NCBI GenBank assembly: GCA_009103225.1
Contig: RHPI01003488.1
Span: 559,931-623,802, forward strand
DNA: 63,872 bases
Direction of reading: 5' to 3'
Source of the DNA: Chlorokybus atmophyticus
Taxonomy: Eukaryota > Plantae > Mesostigma and Chlorokybus algae
The notes under the pieces were generated by a model, which was given only the letters and a program-made list of their open reading frames with translations, ran no database searches and was not told the DNA's origin. This document shows positions 13,239 through 25,760 of the stretch, piece by piece. The stretch's first letter is position 1; the number at the start of each line of letters is the position of its first letter. The position numbers were made by a program, and so were the translations under genes.

Positions 13239-14280
13239 NNNNNNNNNNNNNNNNNNNNNNNNNNNNNNNNNNNNNNNNNNNNNNNNNNNNNNNNNNNNNN
13301 NNNNNNNNNNNNNNNNNNNNNNNNNNNNNNNNNNNNNNNNNNNNNNNNNNNNNNNNNNNNNNNNNNNNNNNNNNNNNNNNNNNNNNNNNNNNNNNNNNNN
13401 NNNNNNNNNNNNNNNNNNNNNNNNNNNNNNNNNNNNNNNNNNNNNNNNNNNNNGGGGGTATGTGCGTGTGCACGCATGTGTGCCTTTGTGTGCGTGTGTC
13501 TCTGTCCCTGCGCATTGCCGCTGCTGCATAGCACTCCCACAAACCGCAATGCATTATGGATGCTACTGACATGCCAGCCATCTGCACTGTTGAACGTAGC
13601 CAGGGGCGCTGACCATGCCTGTCAGGTTGTTATTCCGCAACTTCTTACACACTTCCTTGAGCAAGCTGTTGCTGCGGGTTTGCTGCTTGGGCGTTCATCA
13701 GTGTTACTTCATACCACTACTATAAATAGGTACACCTGATTCAGCGTATAGCTCATTGCTCACTAGTATCACGCTGACTGCGCAGCACACACAGTCTCAC
13801 CATGTGCATGCAGTGCTAGTTGCTGTGAGTGTTGTGCAACTATTTCGACCACAACCCAATGTCCTTCCTACCTGAGCGCGCTCTCACACCCAATACCACC
13901 CCAACCAATATTGAGTGGTGACTGCAGGTTCAAGCGTACATGCGTCCAGTGTGTCAGTCACGCACTCTGTCAACCACATGATGTGTGCATGCCATGTGTA
14001 TGGTTGCCTTGCATGCATGACATCCCCTTTGCGTCTTGTGTACATATGCAGGCTGCAATTTGTTGTACAATGCTCCATCCGTGCCCCGCTCAGCCATCAT
14101 TGTACCACATGCTGCAACCGACCACCGCCAGGGTTGCCAACAATGCATGGTCTGTGCGTAGCAGACATACGCTCTGCACTATGGAGGTGAGCACTGCGCT
14201 GGCCTCCATAGTGCAGCGTTCACACTATGGAACAGTTGTAGGGCCTCCAAGACTGTAGGAGTAGACGTCATTTGTTAAAG

Positions 14281-14456
14281 ATCAAGGGACACAGGTTGCA
14301 GCATACTCGGTTTAATGGCAAGTATGTCTAGTGCTTACAGGTGGCTGCTTACACACTCGACGCGCTGCATCAAGGGACACAGGTTGCAGCATACTCGGTT
14401 TAATGGCAAGTATGTCTAGTGCTTACAGGTGGCTGCTTACACACTCGACGCGCTGC
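14281..14456. repeat. Perfect tandem duplication, 2 x 88 bp
   Basis: The unit atcaagggacacagg...cactcgacgcgctgc occurs at 14281-14368 and 14369-14456. Confidence 0.9.
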
Positions 14457-14668
14457 AAATCCGAAATAGGGCTGACTACGCTTGGACTTGCGCATACAAC
14501 ACAAGCCAAGCGCTGGGCATTGATCTCCATCTGTCGCCACATCACATAATCGTGCATCATTTTGGTGGCCGCTCAAGTTTGCATGATCACCCACGTGCAA
14601 TGCACATACCAGCTGCATGAGGTGGTGTGAAATACGTACTAGTAGCGTGCTAATAGCTGAGGCATACA

Positions 14669-17007
14669 CTAATTTGGGCTAGGGATAAAGGGGAATAGTC
14701 CAGGGAGTAGGCGCTCCGTCACATAAGGCAGCACCGCAAGCGCCAGTAGTACTGAGGCTACGAGGGCAACTTTTGTGCTGCCGGTGTAGCGCATGACAGT
14801 TACCAAAGCCACGCCGAGGCCGTTCATGCCCGTCAGCAGCAACCGCTCTTGTAGAATCCACGGCCGCACGCGTGCACGGTCGTCGATAGTGACAGGTGTG
14901 AGTGTATCAAACAGTGCCTGCGATGACAGAGAGTGTTTAGCGGCTGAATGGCCACCTGGCATATCCGACACAGGATAAGAGTTCACAAGTGCATGCATAC
15001 CTGTGCAATAAAGACAAGTGCAGCGCCAATTGCAATAGTGTGGGGAGACACCAGCAAGTAGGCGCCAATAACGGTGAGCACCATCTGATTTGTCATAACG
15101 TTAACATTAAAGTTACCAACATTGCAGCTCAACAGCCTGTCATTGCAAGAACCGGCAAACCAAATCAGGTATCAAAAGTGCAAGCGGTAGTGCACCTTGA
15201 CTTGCGACCATCTCATCCTCAACCTTGCACCCGCCTTCAGCTGATCTATTCTTGTCTTTTCCAATGCTGCGCGACCAACCTGAGACTCGACCATAATTTG
15301 TCCCCAGATATACGGACATTATCATGACAGCCATGCAAGATTACCTGGCATAACAACTCACCTTCAAGTCCCGCGCACCATCAATGCCTATGAGTGGAAC
15401 CAGCAACCCAACGCACAGGACCAAAAGGAACTCCGCAACAGCAGGCACCAGGGCGGGCGTCCCAACCGCATTCATCACCAGATTGAAGAGGGCTTTGAGA
15501 CGCCTGCAACGACGCACATGAAACTAAACTATGTAGGATGGCAGTATAAACCAGTGCCCACAGACAGTGACAGACGAAACCAAACTTATGAGCGGCATGC
15601 ATCTGTGAGGCAAGCCAGCGACAAAAGCATGTATGTTACACGCAGTTAAGTGGGATGACGGGGTAACACGGAGTGGGTAAGCCGCTGAATGTAACAACTT
15701 GGAGTTGAAATGAGATTGCACTATTGAAGCCGGTTGGAAGAGGTGCCCCCAGCGCACATTGATTACTCTTACCACATTGGGTTGGATGCAGCACGCCAGC
15801 GAGTTAAATGGTATGCAACCAGTCTGTCTTTGGGGGAGGAGGGANNNNNNNNNNNNNNNNNNNNNNNNNNNNNNNNNNNNNNNNNNNNNNNNNNNNNNNN
15901 NNNNNNNNNNNNNNNNNNNNNNNNNNNNNNNNNNNNNNNNNNNNNNNNNNNNNNNNNNNNNNNNNNNNNNNNNNNNNNNNNNNNNNNNNNNNNNNNNNNN
16001 NNNNNNNNNNNNNNNNNNNNNNNNNNNNNNNNNNNNNNNNNNNNNNNNNNNNNNNNNNNNNNNNNNNNNNNNNNNNNNNNNNNNNNNNNNNNNNNNNNNN
16101 NNNNNNNNNNNNNNNNNNNNNNNNNNNNNNNNNNNNNNNNNNNNNNNNNNNNNNNNNNNNNNNNNCTAAGATCAAGGAATATATAAGAATTAACCACAGT
16201 GTTCCAATGCGAGGGTGTGCAGCACAAGAAGATTACTGATAACTGGTATAACTTGTCGTGATGAGCAAAGGTACTGCGCTTCAGACCCACAATTTGCCAT
16301 GCAAACTTTCACAATGCGCGAAGTGCATTTGACAGTATATATTGAACATTGTGACCCAGGTCAAGTTGCAACAACCGTGATTGCTGCACTCGCGAACTCT
16401 ACAACTACATGCAGAGCTGCTTCCCAAAAGCCATGCTTACTGGCTTGACTATGCTCGGGTTGTATTGCCATTGACAACACAACCGACGATGACAAGTTGG
16501 CTACGACAGTGATGTTGAACAGGCTTACAGGAGGACACGGGCGGCCACAGCGACGAAAGGAAGCCCGACTATGAGGTCGACAATCATCTCGACTTGAGTG
16601 ATGAAGGCCTTGATGACCTCCGCCTCCTTCTGCTGCTTGGACATCCCATCCCACGAGGCGCCAGCTGCCGCCGGCGTGGTGGTGGCCGGAGACGAGCTGT
16701 GGTTGTCACCATGATTGCCATCGCCGCTACCCCCAAGAGAAACCGAGGGTTCCGCAGCAACGTCCTCGTGGCTGTGGCAAGAGACAGCGACCAGTGCATG
16801 CTGCTGCCGACGGCTAGAACGCTGCCGCCCCCGGCCTTTCAACGTCACCACCAGCCTCTGCGCTCGGCCTGGTATCAACTGGCAGCGTGGGAGCCATCCA
16901 GGCAGCTGCTCCCGCCTACCACCGTGACACCGCCCAGCCACCACCACCGCCGCCGCCCCCCGCTCGGGCAGCAAGGCGGCGGCGGCGGCGGCAGTGGAGA
17001 CGCTCAT
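14669..17007 (-). CDS. Hypothetical multi-pass membrane protein, possibly plastid-targeted; exon structure incomplete, spans an N gap
   Basis: Exon 1 begins MSVSTAAAAAALL... (Ala/Ser/Arg-rich N-terminus) and ends ...VDLIVGLPFVAVAARVLL at a GTAAG donor (about 16528). A clean internal exon reads RLKALFNLVMNAVGTPALVPAVAEFLLVLCVGLLVPLIGIDGARDLK (about 15503-15362, AG/GT flanked). A terminal hydrophobic exon ...GLGVALVTVMRYTGSTKVALVASVLLALAVLPYVTERLLPGLFPFIPSPN* ends at 14669. Linking these into one gene is inference. Confidence 0.4.
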
Positions 17008-17280
17008 CAGGCCGAAACAACCCGCTGCAAGCCTGCCGACCTAGCTGCCTCCTCTATCCCGACCCATCCCGCGGACAAGCCGCACCCCGCCGCCGCTGCC
17101 GCCGCCGCCACGCTACGCTACAACCGTGCAACCAGCGCAAAATAAGTCTGCCAGCTGGCAAGCCTAGTGCTCCGCTGCCACCTTTACACGGTCGCACTAG
17201 TTGTCTTTGTCGTGCTTGACGGCCTTTGGCCCTGACCCAGGCAGCGCTGCATGCTCGCTCATTGCCTGTGATTGGAGCAC

Positions 17281-19149
17281 ATGGATAGCCACGCTGAGGA
17301 GCACTCGCACGAGCATGGTCATGCCGGGCATGCGCATGCGCATGGGTTTGAGGGCGGGCGCGGCGTCATCGTGCATTCCCATGATGGCCTGGCGCCGCAC
17401 AGCCACGAGGTGCTGGACGCCCCGGGCGAGTACGGCAGCAGGCCGGCGCCCCTGGCCAGAGACTACGCAGAGCGCTCCTTCACCGTGGGCGTGGGCGGCC
17501 CCGTCGGCAGCGGGTGAGTACAGCAAGGGCGTACATGGCATTGCATGCGTGTTGAACAGTCCGTGGTTACCCTTTGCGTTCGTTGTAAAAAGCACGCAGT
17601 GGACCGTGCGTAAGCGCAGTTGTCTTTGCAACACAGCCTCATCGTGGGCGGCTTGTGTTCCGTTCCTATTGCAAATTCCTCTTTCTGTGCAGCTCGCTAC
17701 TGCAAGAAAGCCATTGTGTTGCTACAGCCCCCTGTTGCAACTGCTGCTGCTCCCATCCTGAGCTGTGACAGTGGCATAAAGAAGCTGTTTGATTGTTGCG
17801 ACTGTTAAGCTCTGAGTGTGCGCTTTGCCAGACTCATTCTTTCTGGTGTACATGCCGGTCAGTCAGGGACTGCATTGGCCTTGACTGATAGCACGACACC
17901 GGATGTGCACACAAGCAACAAGGCATAGCATTGTCCTTGCGTACATGGCCGCACATGTGAACATTGCCGCTTGGTGCTTGTGCGGGATGTAGATCGCACG
18001 TGAAGTAAGGTTTGCGCTTAACCAGCCTTGCCCCCAAGTACACGCACTAACTCTTCTGATCTGACAAGGTGACCGGGTGCAGGAAGACGGCGCTGATGCT
18101 TGCGCTCTGCCAGCTGCTGCGTGACAAGTACAGCATTGCGGCGGTCAGTTGAGCTGTTTCGCCAGGTTGTGTGATGTTCAGTTCTAGCACCACTGAAGGA
18201 TGTCTCGTGACTCCTACGCCATCAGGTCACTAACGACATCTTCACGCGGGAAGATGGAGACTTCCTGCTGAAGCACGGCGCGTTGCCACCGGAGCGCATT
18301 CGCGCCGTTGAGACCGGTGGCTGTCCGCACGCGGCAGTGCGCGAGGACATCAGCATTAATCTCGGCCCGCTCGAAGAGCTCACAGCCAAGTTTTCTACAG
18401 ACCTGCTGTTGCTGGAAGCTGGTGGAGGTGCGTGTAGTTACGCATCTTATAACAAGTCAGCATCTTGACATAGTGAACTCCCGATTTCTCGTACTTGTGT
18501 GCATGTGTTAAGAGCTTGCAAATCAGTGAGGCAGATCAAACCACACACAGCTTTGTTGTTGGCAACGCAGACAACTTAGCGGCAAACTTCAGTCGGGAGC
18601 TTGCCGATTACATCATCTACATCATTGATGTTGCTGGTGGCGACAAGATCCCTCGCAAAGGAGGTCCAGGCATCACTCATGCCGATTTGCTAGTAAGTAT
18701 GCGTCCCCGAACAAGCACAATCGGCCAGCATGTGTGTGCGATGAACTGACGGTTGCACTGCTTGTGTGATGCTGGTCAGGTCATCAACAAAACTGACCTT
18801 GCCGAGGCGGTTGGTGCTGACCTTAAAGTCATGGAGCGCGATGCTGCACTCATGCGAAGTAACGGGCCATGCATATTCACTCAGGTACATTCAGACTTCA
18901 CATTCATTTTTTCCAATGCCGCATGTGGGCCGTCACAATTACAAGTCACAATTTCAAATCACAATTACAAATTGTTCCAGTGCAACCATACTGCGATTGT
19001 AGAGGTCATTGTTGGCATGATGCCAGTCAAGCATTAGTGCGATTGTTTGCAACGTTGGACAGGTGAAACACGGCGTTGGAGTCTCGGAGATTGCAGAGCA
19101 CATTTTACAGGCATGGAAGTCGGCGACAAAAGAAAGGCACGTGCATTAA
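17281..19149 (+). CDS. UREG: Urease accessory GTPase UreG with His-rich N-terminus, 6 exons
   Basis: [21 protein letters not shown]...[11 protein letters not shown]; P-loop GVGGPVGSG|KTAL; [11 protein letters not shown]; [16 protein letters not shown]; EAGG|[36 protein letters not shown]; VINKTDL. All junctions are GT-AG; stop TAA at 19147-19149. Confidence 0.95.
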
Positions 19150-20516
19150 CACTCACTCGCCAAAGGCCATAGCAGTGGGTACGCCACAGCAGTTGAGGGG
19201 CGCCTCTTGCCTTATGTTCCAGTAAGGTTTTGCATTAGGTTGCACCAGTGGCGGGTGCACTCGCGCAGGCAGAGGATATGGAGCAATGGCCAAGAAGCAG
19301 CATGTATACAATGTAATACTGTCAATATTGTATGCACTGTGAGTGCACACAGCATCGCACGGTTGTGCGCAGGCAGCTGCAGTTGCCTCCTGTTAGTTGC
19401 TTGTGATGCTGTTGACAATGCCACTTGGACAAGTAGTATGTGTCACAAGGTTATATTACTTGGTTATATTACTTGTAACACTTGATGAATGCAACGCCAC
19501 AGCGCGTAGCTATAAGTGGCCATTCGGAGATGCCATTGACCACATAAAGGAATGCTTTCTTGCTCTGAACATGTTCTTGATGCTACTGCTGCTGTGCCAC
19601 TTGTGCGAGGTGCGTGTTTGCCATTAGGTTTGGGCCAGCGCTGTACGCTCTGCATTTGAAAAGTTGCACAGCCATTTTGTCTCTGCGCGTCCGTATGTTC
19701 CTGTTGCACCAGCACTGTCATGCTTCAGCGTGCTGTCTGTGGCTGCACCAAAACAGCAAGCAGCTCAGTCTGGTCGTAGGCAGCATAGCGTAGTCCAGCT
19801 GCTTTGCAAGAGAGCATGCTGCCTTCTCAAACAATTGCCTCAACGTACATTAAGAGAGAAGCTGCACCCAACGCTCCGCTTCAGGGTGCTCAGGTGCCAT
19901 GCTCTGAGCAGCACCATCAGAACTATGGATCAGTGATCCATCGACACCTCCTCTGCACTGCACTAGACCGTTGCTGCTTACTCTACTCTATTTCACTTTT
20001 TCCCGCGCCTGGCTCGCCTGACGCGGCGGCAGCGGCGGCGGCGGCGGCAGCGACGCCAACGAGGCGCAGCCCGTTAGTCATCAAGTGACCGCTGCACGCC
20101 AAACCGTAAGCAGGTGGGTTGCCGTCTACCGTAGCGGTCACTTTCACTGGCTGCGCTGAGGTTGGGCGTCAACATGCGTAGAGCAACAAGCCGGATGCGG
20201 GCAACGGATGAGCAGCAGCAGCATAGCATGCTGTGCATGAGTTACGGCAGATTGCATGCACAATTCTGTAACACTTAGTCATTGGGTCAGACGGTTGCTG
20301 CACTCATGGCAATGCAATTGCGCATGTGTCGCAGCATGTGCTGGCCGATGGGCGCTGTCCGTCCTCACCGCACATGGCATGCAAGGAGCATAAGCAATTG
20401 CCATACCAGCATTGCTTCGACATCTCCCAATGCAATTGGACTGGGCTGGCCAGGGAATCACAATGCTGGCATGCTTGCACAGAGCCGTATGGTACGTGCG
20501 GACGTTCATTGACCAG

Positions 20517-23294
20517 CAGCTTCTGAGCGCTGTGCCAATGAGGCTTGTGGACTACGACTCTGCGGTAACCAATGACTTCGATGTCATCTGCTTCGCGTGC
20601 GAGGAGTTTGGGGAGCTGTGGGGCTGCCAAGTATGCCGGCGCAGCTTCCACCTTCCCTGCGCGGGCCTTGACACTGAACCCGCTTCCAACACGTCATGGC
20701 TCTGCGCAGACTGCTCCATCGGACAAGTGAGCACTGTCTTTCCTATCATGCAAGTCGACATCCCTCAGCTGCCTAATACACACTGTGCATGCTTGCGTGC
20801 ATGCATGCACGCACATTGGACCCGTGCTTGCAGGTGACCTGTTTTCACTGCGAGCAAACTCTGCCATTGGAAGCCGCTGTGCAATGCGAGCTGCGGCGCT
20901 GCTGGCGATTCTACCACAGGGATTGCGTGCAGCACCTGGCCGTCGCGCCACTCAAGGTTCAGCAAGCTCGACGGCGGACACGCAGTCTGTGCCAGGCCAA
21001 TCTGGCCAGCATGTTCATCTGCCCGCAGCACCATTGCCACGCCTGTTCGGACTGGGACCGCATCAGGTGAGCTGTTGTCTCAATGCAAGGGTTTTGTTGC
21101 TTCGCATGTACAAGCTTGTGTGATACGACGCATGGAATAAAGCAGTAGGCCTACGACAACCGCCACATGGAGAGGTGTACCCGGGTTTGTACTGCTAGGA
21201 TGTGGTGTACTAACAACCTTGCATGCATGATGCGGATGCCATGCTTACAGATGTGAGGGCGTGCTTTTTGTTCTGGCAGAGGTCCGCTGCTGCGGTGTAG
21301 ATCGTGCCCGATTGCATACCATGAAGAGTGCTGCCCAGAAGGTAGCGTGCTGTTCATCGACACTCCCGGATGGTTGCTATGTTGGCGGCACGACGATGGT
21401 TATGAACGCCGAAGCAAGGTGCAGCAGTTGGTCTCGCTGCCTGGCTCCATATCTGTCCGGTGTCAGGCATCACTGCTGAAAGTCTCGATGCAAGAACTTA
21501 CGCAGCATGATTGGTATTCGCAGAATTTTGCAAAGACAAGTAACTTGGCAGTGGCATTGGCGAGGTTACCAGTACCTGAGTCAGAAAATGGCTTTGCCAT
21601 CCCTCGCAGCCTCATTAGCCAGGTCAGAGCATAGACTGAGCCTTGGACGGTACATAGGCTGAGCTGCTTTTTGTTTGGGATGCGTGTATTTGCATATCAG
21701 CGGCTCTTGCATATTTGTACTGATTGTACAGTGCGCGGTGTAGGCAAAGCGGCTGCAGAGCGATCCTGCACCATTCCAGTCGATCAGAAGGAACATGCAC
21801 ATACGCCCAAAGCCGCGCCAGTTGAAAGATGACGAGGAGCCAGGCTGCAGTTGTCAACTGGTTGCGGGATTGCAGGGGTGCCGCGAGGACTGCTTGTGCA
21901 AGACAACATTTAGCACCTGTTCCAAGTTCTGTGGCTGCGGTGCGGCGTGCGCCAATCAGCCGTTCCAGAAGCTGGCCCCTGCGAAGATGAGGGTTGTGAA
22001 AACAGAGAAGTGCGGACATGGCGTCGTGGCCAAAGAAGATATCGCTGAAGGGCAGTTCGTGGTGGAGTACGTCGGGGAAGGTGTGTCGTGTGGGTTTTTT
22101 TGCACGTATACCAAAGGCGTATCTTCTGGCTTGCTCAGTGAACATCGCAAGGTTGTGGTGCTTGCAGTCATCGATGGTAATCAGTGTGCGGAGCGGCTGC
22201 GGGATCACTGGGCACGCGGAGATGAGCACTTTTACATGTGCATGGTAGCCAGCGACTTTGTGATTGATGCAAAACGTAGCGGCAACATCAGTCGCTTCAT
22301 CAATCACAGTTGCCAGCCCAACTGCGAAATGCAGAAATGGTATGCGTGCGCTTTGTCTGACCCATCAGTCACCTCATGGTTCAAGTGTCATCCTGTATGC
22401 TGTGACAATAAAGTCATGATGCAGGCATGTACTTGGTGAGACGAGGGTTGGAATTTTCGCAGCTATCAACATACCAAAAGGCACTGAGCTTTCCTACGAC
22501 TACCAGTAAGCACCCGATTGGTGATTGTTTGTCCATGTATGGCCGAAGTTGCATCAGCGGCTGCGCTGCGATTGCGGTAAGTGACGACTTAAAACCAACA
22601 TGGTGCGTGCAGATTTGAACACTTTGGTGAACAGAAGGAGTGCCATTGTGGCACCCCGAGGTGTAGGAAGTTTCTCGGCACCAAAGCAATGAGGCAAGCC
22701 AGTTGCAGCGATGATGAGGACTCAAAGGTATCCTCACTATCTCCAGTGATCTCAGACAGTAAGGCAAGCGAGGCATGTGGCCTGCGGTTCGGGCAAGCTC
22801 TACTACTTGCACTTAAGCTGCCGCTCGGCTATGTGCACACGTACGCTGCCTCAATTCTCGTGGTTGCCATGCAGGATGAACCGCAACTGGCCTGGGCGCA
22901 GCGTAGACCACGTGACGCAGCGCCCATTCCGGAAGCGGACCAGGCGTCCACTTCCGATGGCGCACTGGTCGGGCAGCGCATTCGCATCTATTGGCCCAAG
23001 GACGACGCGTACTATGCGGGAAAGGTGGAACAGTACTTCTCGTACAGCAAGCTGCACAAGATACGTTATGACGACGGCGATGTGGAGCACTTGATGCTGG
23101 CGGCAGAGAAGTGGGAGTTGGAACCCGAAATGATGGAGGTAGAGAGGCAAGCGGTCCACGATGGAGGTAGAGAGGCAAGCGGTTCACAACCGGTTGGCAC
23201 TGCGGCTGTCGCTGTCACTGTCGCTGCTCCTGCTGCATGCGACCGTACGGCAGTACACCGACCGCAACATCGCATGAGCACCCGAAGACGATGA
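20517..23294 (+). CDS. ASHR3/NSD-like histone lysine methyltransferase (PHD fingers-AWS-SET-postSET) with C-terminal Tudor domain; 5' end unresolved
   Basis: PHD CFACEEFGELWGCQVCRRSFHLPC...WLCADC; second PHD ...RFYHRDC...FICPQHHCHAC; AWS CSC...GCREDCLC...CSKFCGCGAACANQPF; SET GHGVVAKEDIAEGQFVVEYVGE|VID...DAKRSGNISRFINHSCQPNCEMQKW|...ETRVGIFA...ELSYDYQ; postSET CHCGTPRCRKFLG; Tudor LVGQRIRIYWPKDDAYYAGKV...HKIRYDDGDVEHL. Confidence 0.85.
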
Positions 23295-23444
23295 CAAGCC
23301 CCTGCAAGGACCTGCTTTATCAGGACCTGTTTGTCTCGCAAGACTGCATTGCTACATATGATTAGACGTATGTGAAGTTAGCCTGGATGAGGCACTTGCT
23401 ATACAATGCGCTCAGTCTGTAGTTCATTGAGTTGGGGCACGCAA

Positions 23445-23500
23445 GGGCTGGGCTGGGCTGGGCTGGGCTGGGCTGCGCCTGAGCTGGGCTGGGCTGGGCT
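23445..23500. repeat. (GGGCT)n pentanucleotide repeat
   Basis: About 11 near-perfect units shortly before an N gap. Confidence 0.9.
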
Positions 23501-25760
23501 TGATCTGCATGTCTAGACTGACTGGACTTGACTTGAGCGGACNNNNNNNNNNNNNNNNNNNNNNNNNNNNNNNNNNNNNNNNNNNNNNNNNNNNNNNNNN
23601 NNNNNNNNNNNNNNNNNNNNNNNNNNNNNNNNNNNNNNNNNNNNNNNNNNNNNNNNNNNNNNNNNNNNNNNNNNNNNNNNNNNNNNNNNNNNNNNNNNNN
23701 NNNNNNNNNNNNNNNNNNNNNNNNNNNNNNNNNNNNNNNNNNNNNNNNNNNNNNNNNNNNNNNNNNNNNNNNNNGGGGGAGGGCTGTGTACCATTCTGTT
23801 GTTGCTTGCTGTGTTCATCTGTACAAATGCAGGGTTGGTCACTGCGGTTGTCATTAGCCATCGCACACGCATGTCAATTGCTTGCTGTTTTCATGTGTAC
23901 AAATGCAGGATTAGTCACTGCTTATCATTAGCTAGCGCACAAATATATCTTGCATACTTGTGCATCATCACGCATGCCCACCACTGCAGCATACTCACAG
24001 GTGCAATGGCACCTTCGATTTTTGTACACCATAGTCCCGCAGCACATCCATGCAACTTTCGCGGCAGATCCACACAACCGTCCCATGCCCGGCCACACCA
24101 CCGCGCTGCCCGGCTGATGACTCGGCCACCGCTTGCGCCATGGTGCTGTTGTCTGCCTACGGTGTACATAGGCCCAAGGCCCCGTTAGCCTATAGCTCTC
24201 AAACCCTATACATATCCCGTTCTTGAATGTGATTGCGTCCAAAGAGGATGACATCGGTTTGTGTACCAAGGTGTATGACAAGCGTAGAAACATTATTTCA
24301 GTGGAACCACAATCCATCATGCACAGCACCCACAATCAAACATGCACAAAGGTACCAAGTTGGGCGTGTTAATCAGCCAAAATATCCGTTTCACGTGTGT
24401 GCACTTTCAAGAAGCCTTTTTTGTTTGAGTTGATCAAGCTCATCAAAGACATAAACCTTCAAGGATATCTCATCAAGAAGTTGCGTGCTAAGATATGGTA
24501 TTACGATGCCATGTTGTGTGGTCATTGCACGCACTTTATATTTGCACATGTATTTACGTATATCTAGTGTTCAAGGACGTGTAGGGAGTAGCATGCTGAG
24601 TGCCCGCATGATGCATTAGCACCGTGTTTTGTAAGCAGCAATTGTGATATGAATATCACAATTGTCAACTTACACAAAATGCTTTGCTATGCTATGCTAT
24701 GCTATGATATGATATGCTTGATCTTCAATGTGCTAATGCATCAGATGCCACTAATGTCACATTAGTGTGACGGTCACATGAGACTGCGCATTCAGCTGTT
24801 GCGCGCGCAGTGCCGTTTGGAACCCTAAAGTTTAAAGTTAGGCGTAAAAGCCAGCTTCAGATGGCCGCTGTTGGCAGTGGGATGCATGACAACTTGTTGA
24901 CTATGGCGTCTCCACTGCAGGTGAGCATGGGGTTAAGGGTGGGGTTGATGGATGTATGGGTTTGGCTGTGGATGTGGTTGTGTGGAGGACATGAATTCAC
25001 CGTGGATACGAGTGAGTGATGGTTTATGCAAGAGTGCATATCATAGCACAACACAATATATACCAAGGGCTTCGCTAGCCCTAATGCTTGTGCACTCTCA
25101 TAGTATGCATCACACACATGACATAGCATAACGTCATGTGTGCACTATCTTATGATCCGATATGGACGGTGGCAAAATGTAATGCGCTAAGCTGCTCTAC
25201 CTCACCTATAGCTAGTTGGTTCACGTTAGGTGGTTAGCGTATATGTGTGTTGGTGATTATTATTCATGTATCTTTAGTCATTATTGTTTTGGTTTTGCTT
25301 GTTTCCCAGGCCCTTCGGTTTTACCATATAAAATTACAAGGTAATGCTAATGCACATGCAAATGCAATGCGCGTGCAAGCAAACATGTTGGCGTATATTG
25401 TTGTCTTCGTGCTTGCCTGTTTACATATACCGGTTTATGTGTAGAAGTACCTCAGCTAATTTTGTGTGTATTAAAGGAACAACAATGGTCACAACCATCC
25501 ACAATACAAGCCGTGTACTATCATACCTACCTTGCATTTGACGACTTGCATCCTGAATGAGTCATACAATATTCTGTGGAAATATTATTGCCCTCGATGC
25601 TCCGCAATGAACTCCCGCTTTGCTCTATCTATTGTTCAAGTGCTCGCTAACATAACTCAACTAGTCCTCAAACGCGCATCATCGCACATGAGTCGTTACC
25701 AGTCGCTGTCGGAGGGGTGCGTCTGCGGTGCGGTGTCATTAACGGCTCGCTAATGTCAAG

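Noticed and set aside
19990-20082. Minus-strand mini-ORF with Walker A-like GEPGAGKS
   Set aside because: Only about 31 codons, in a GCC-repeat region upstream of the SET gene, with no downstream NTPase motifs. Probably chance.
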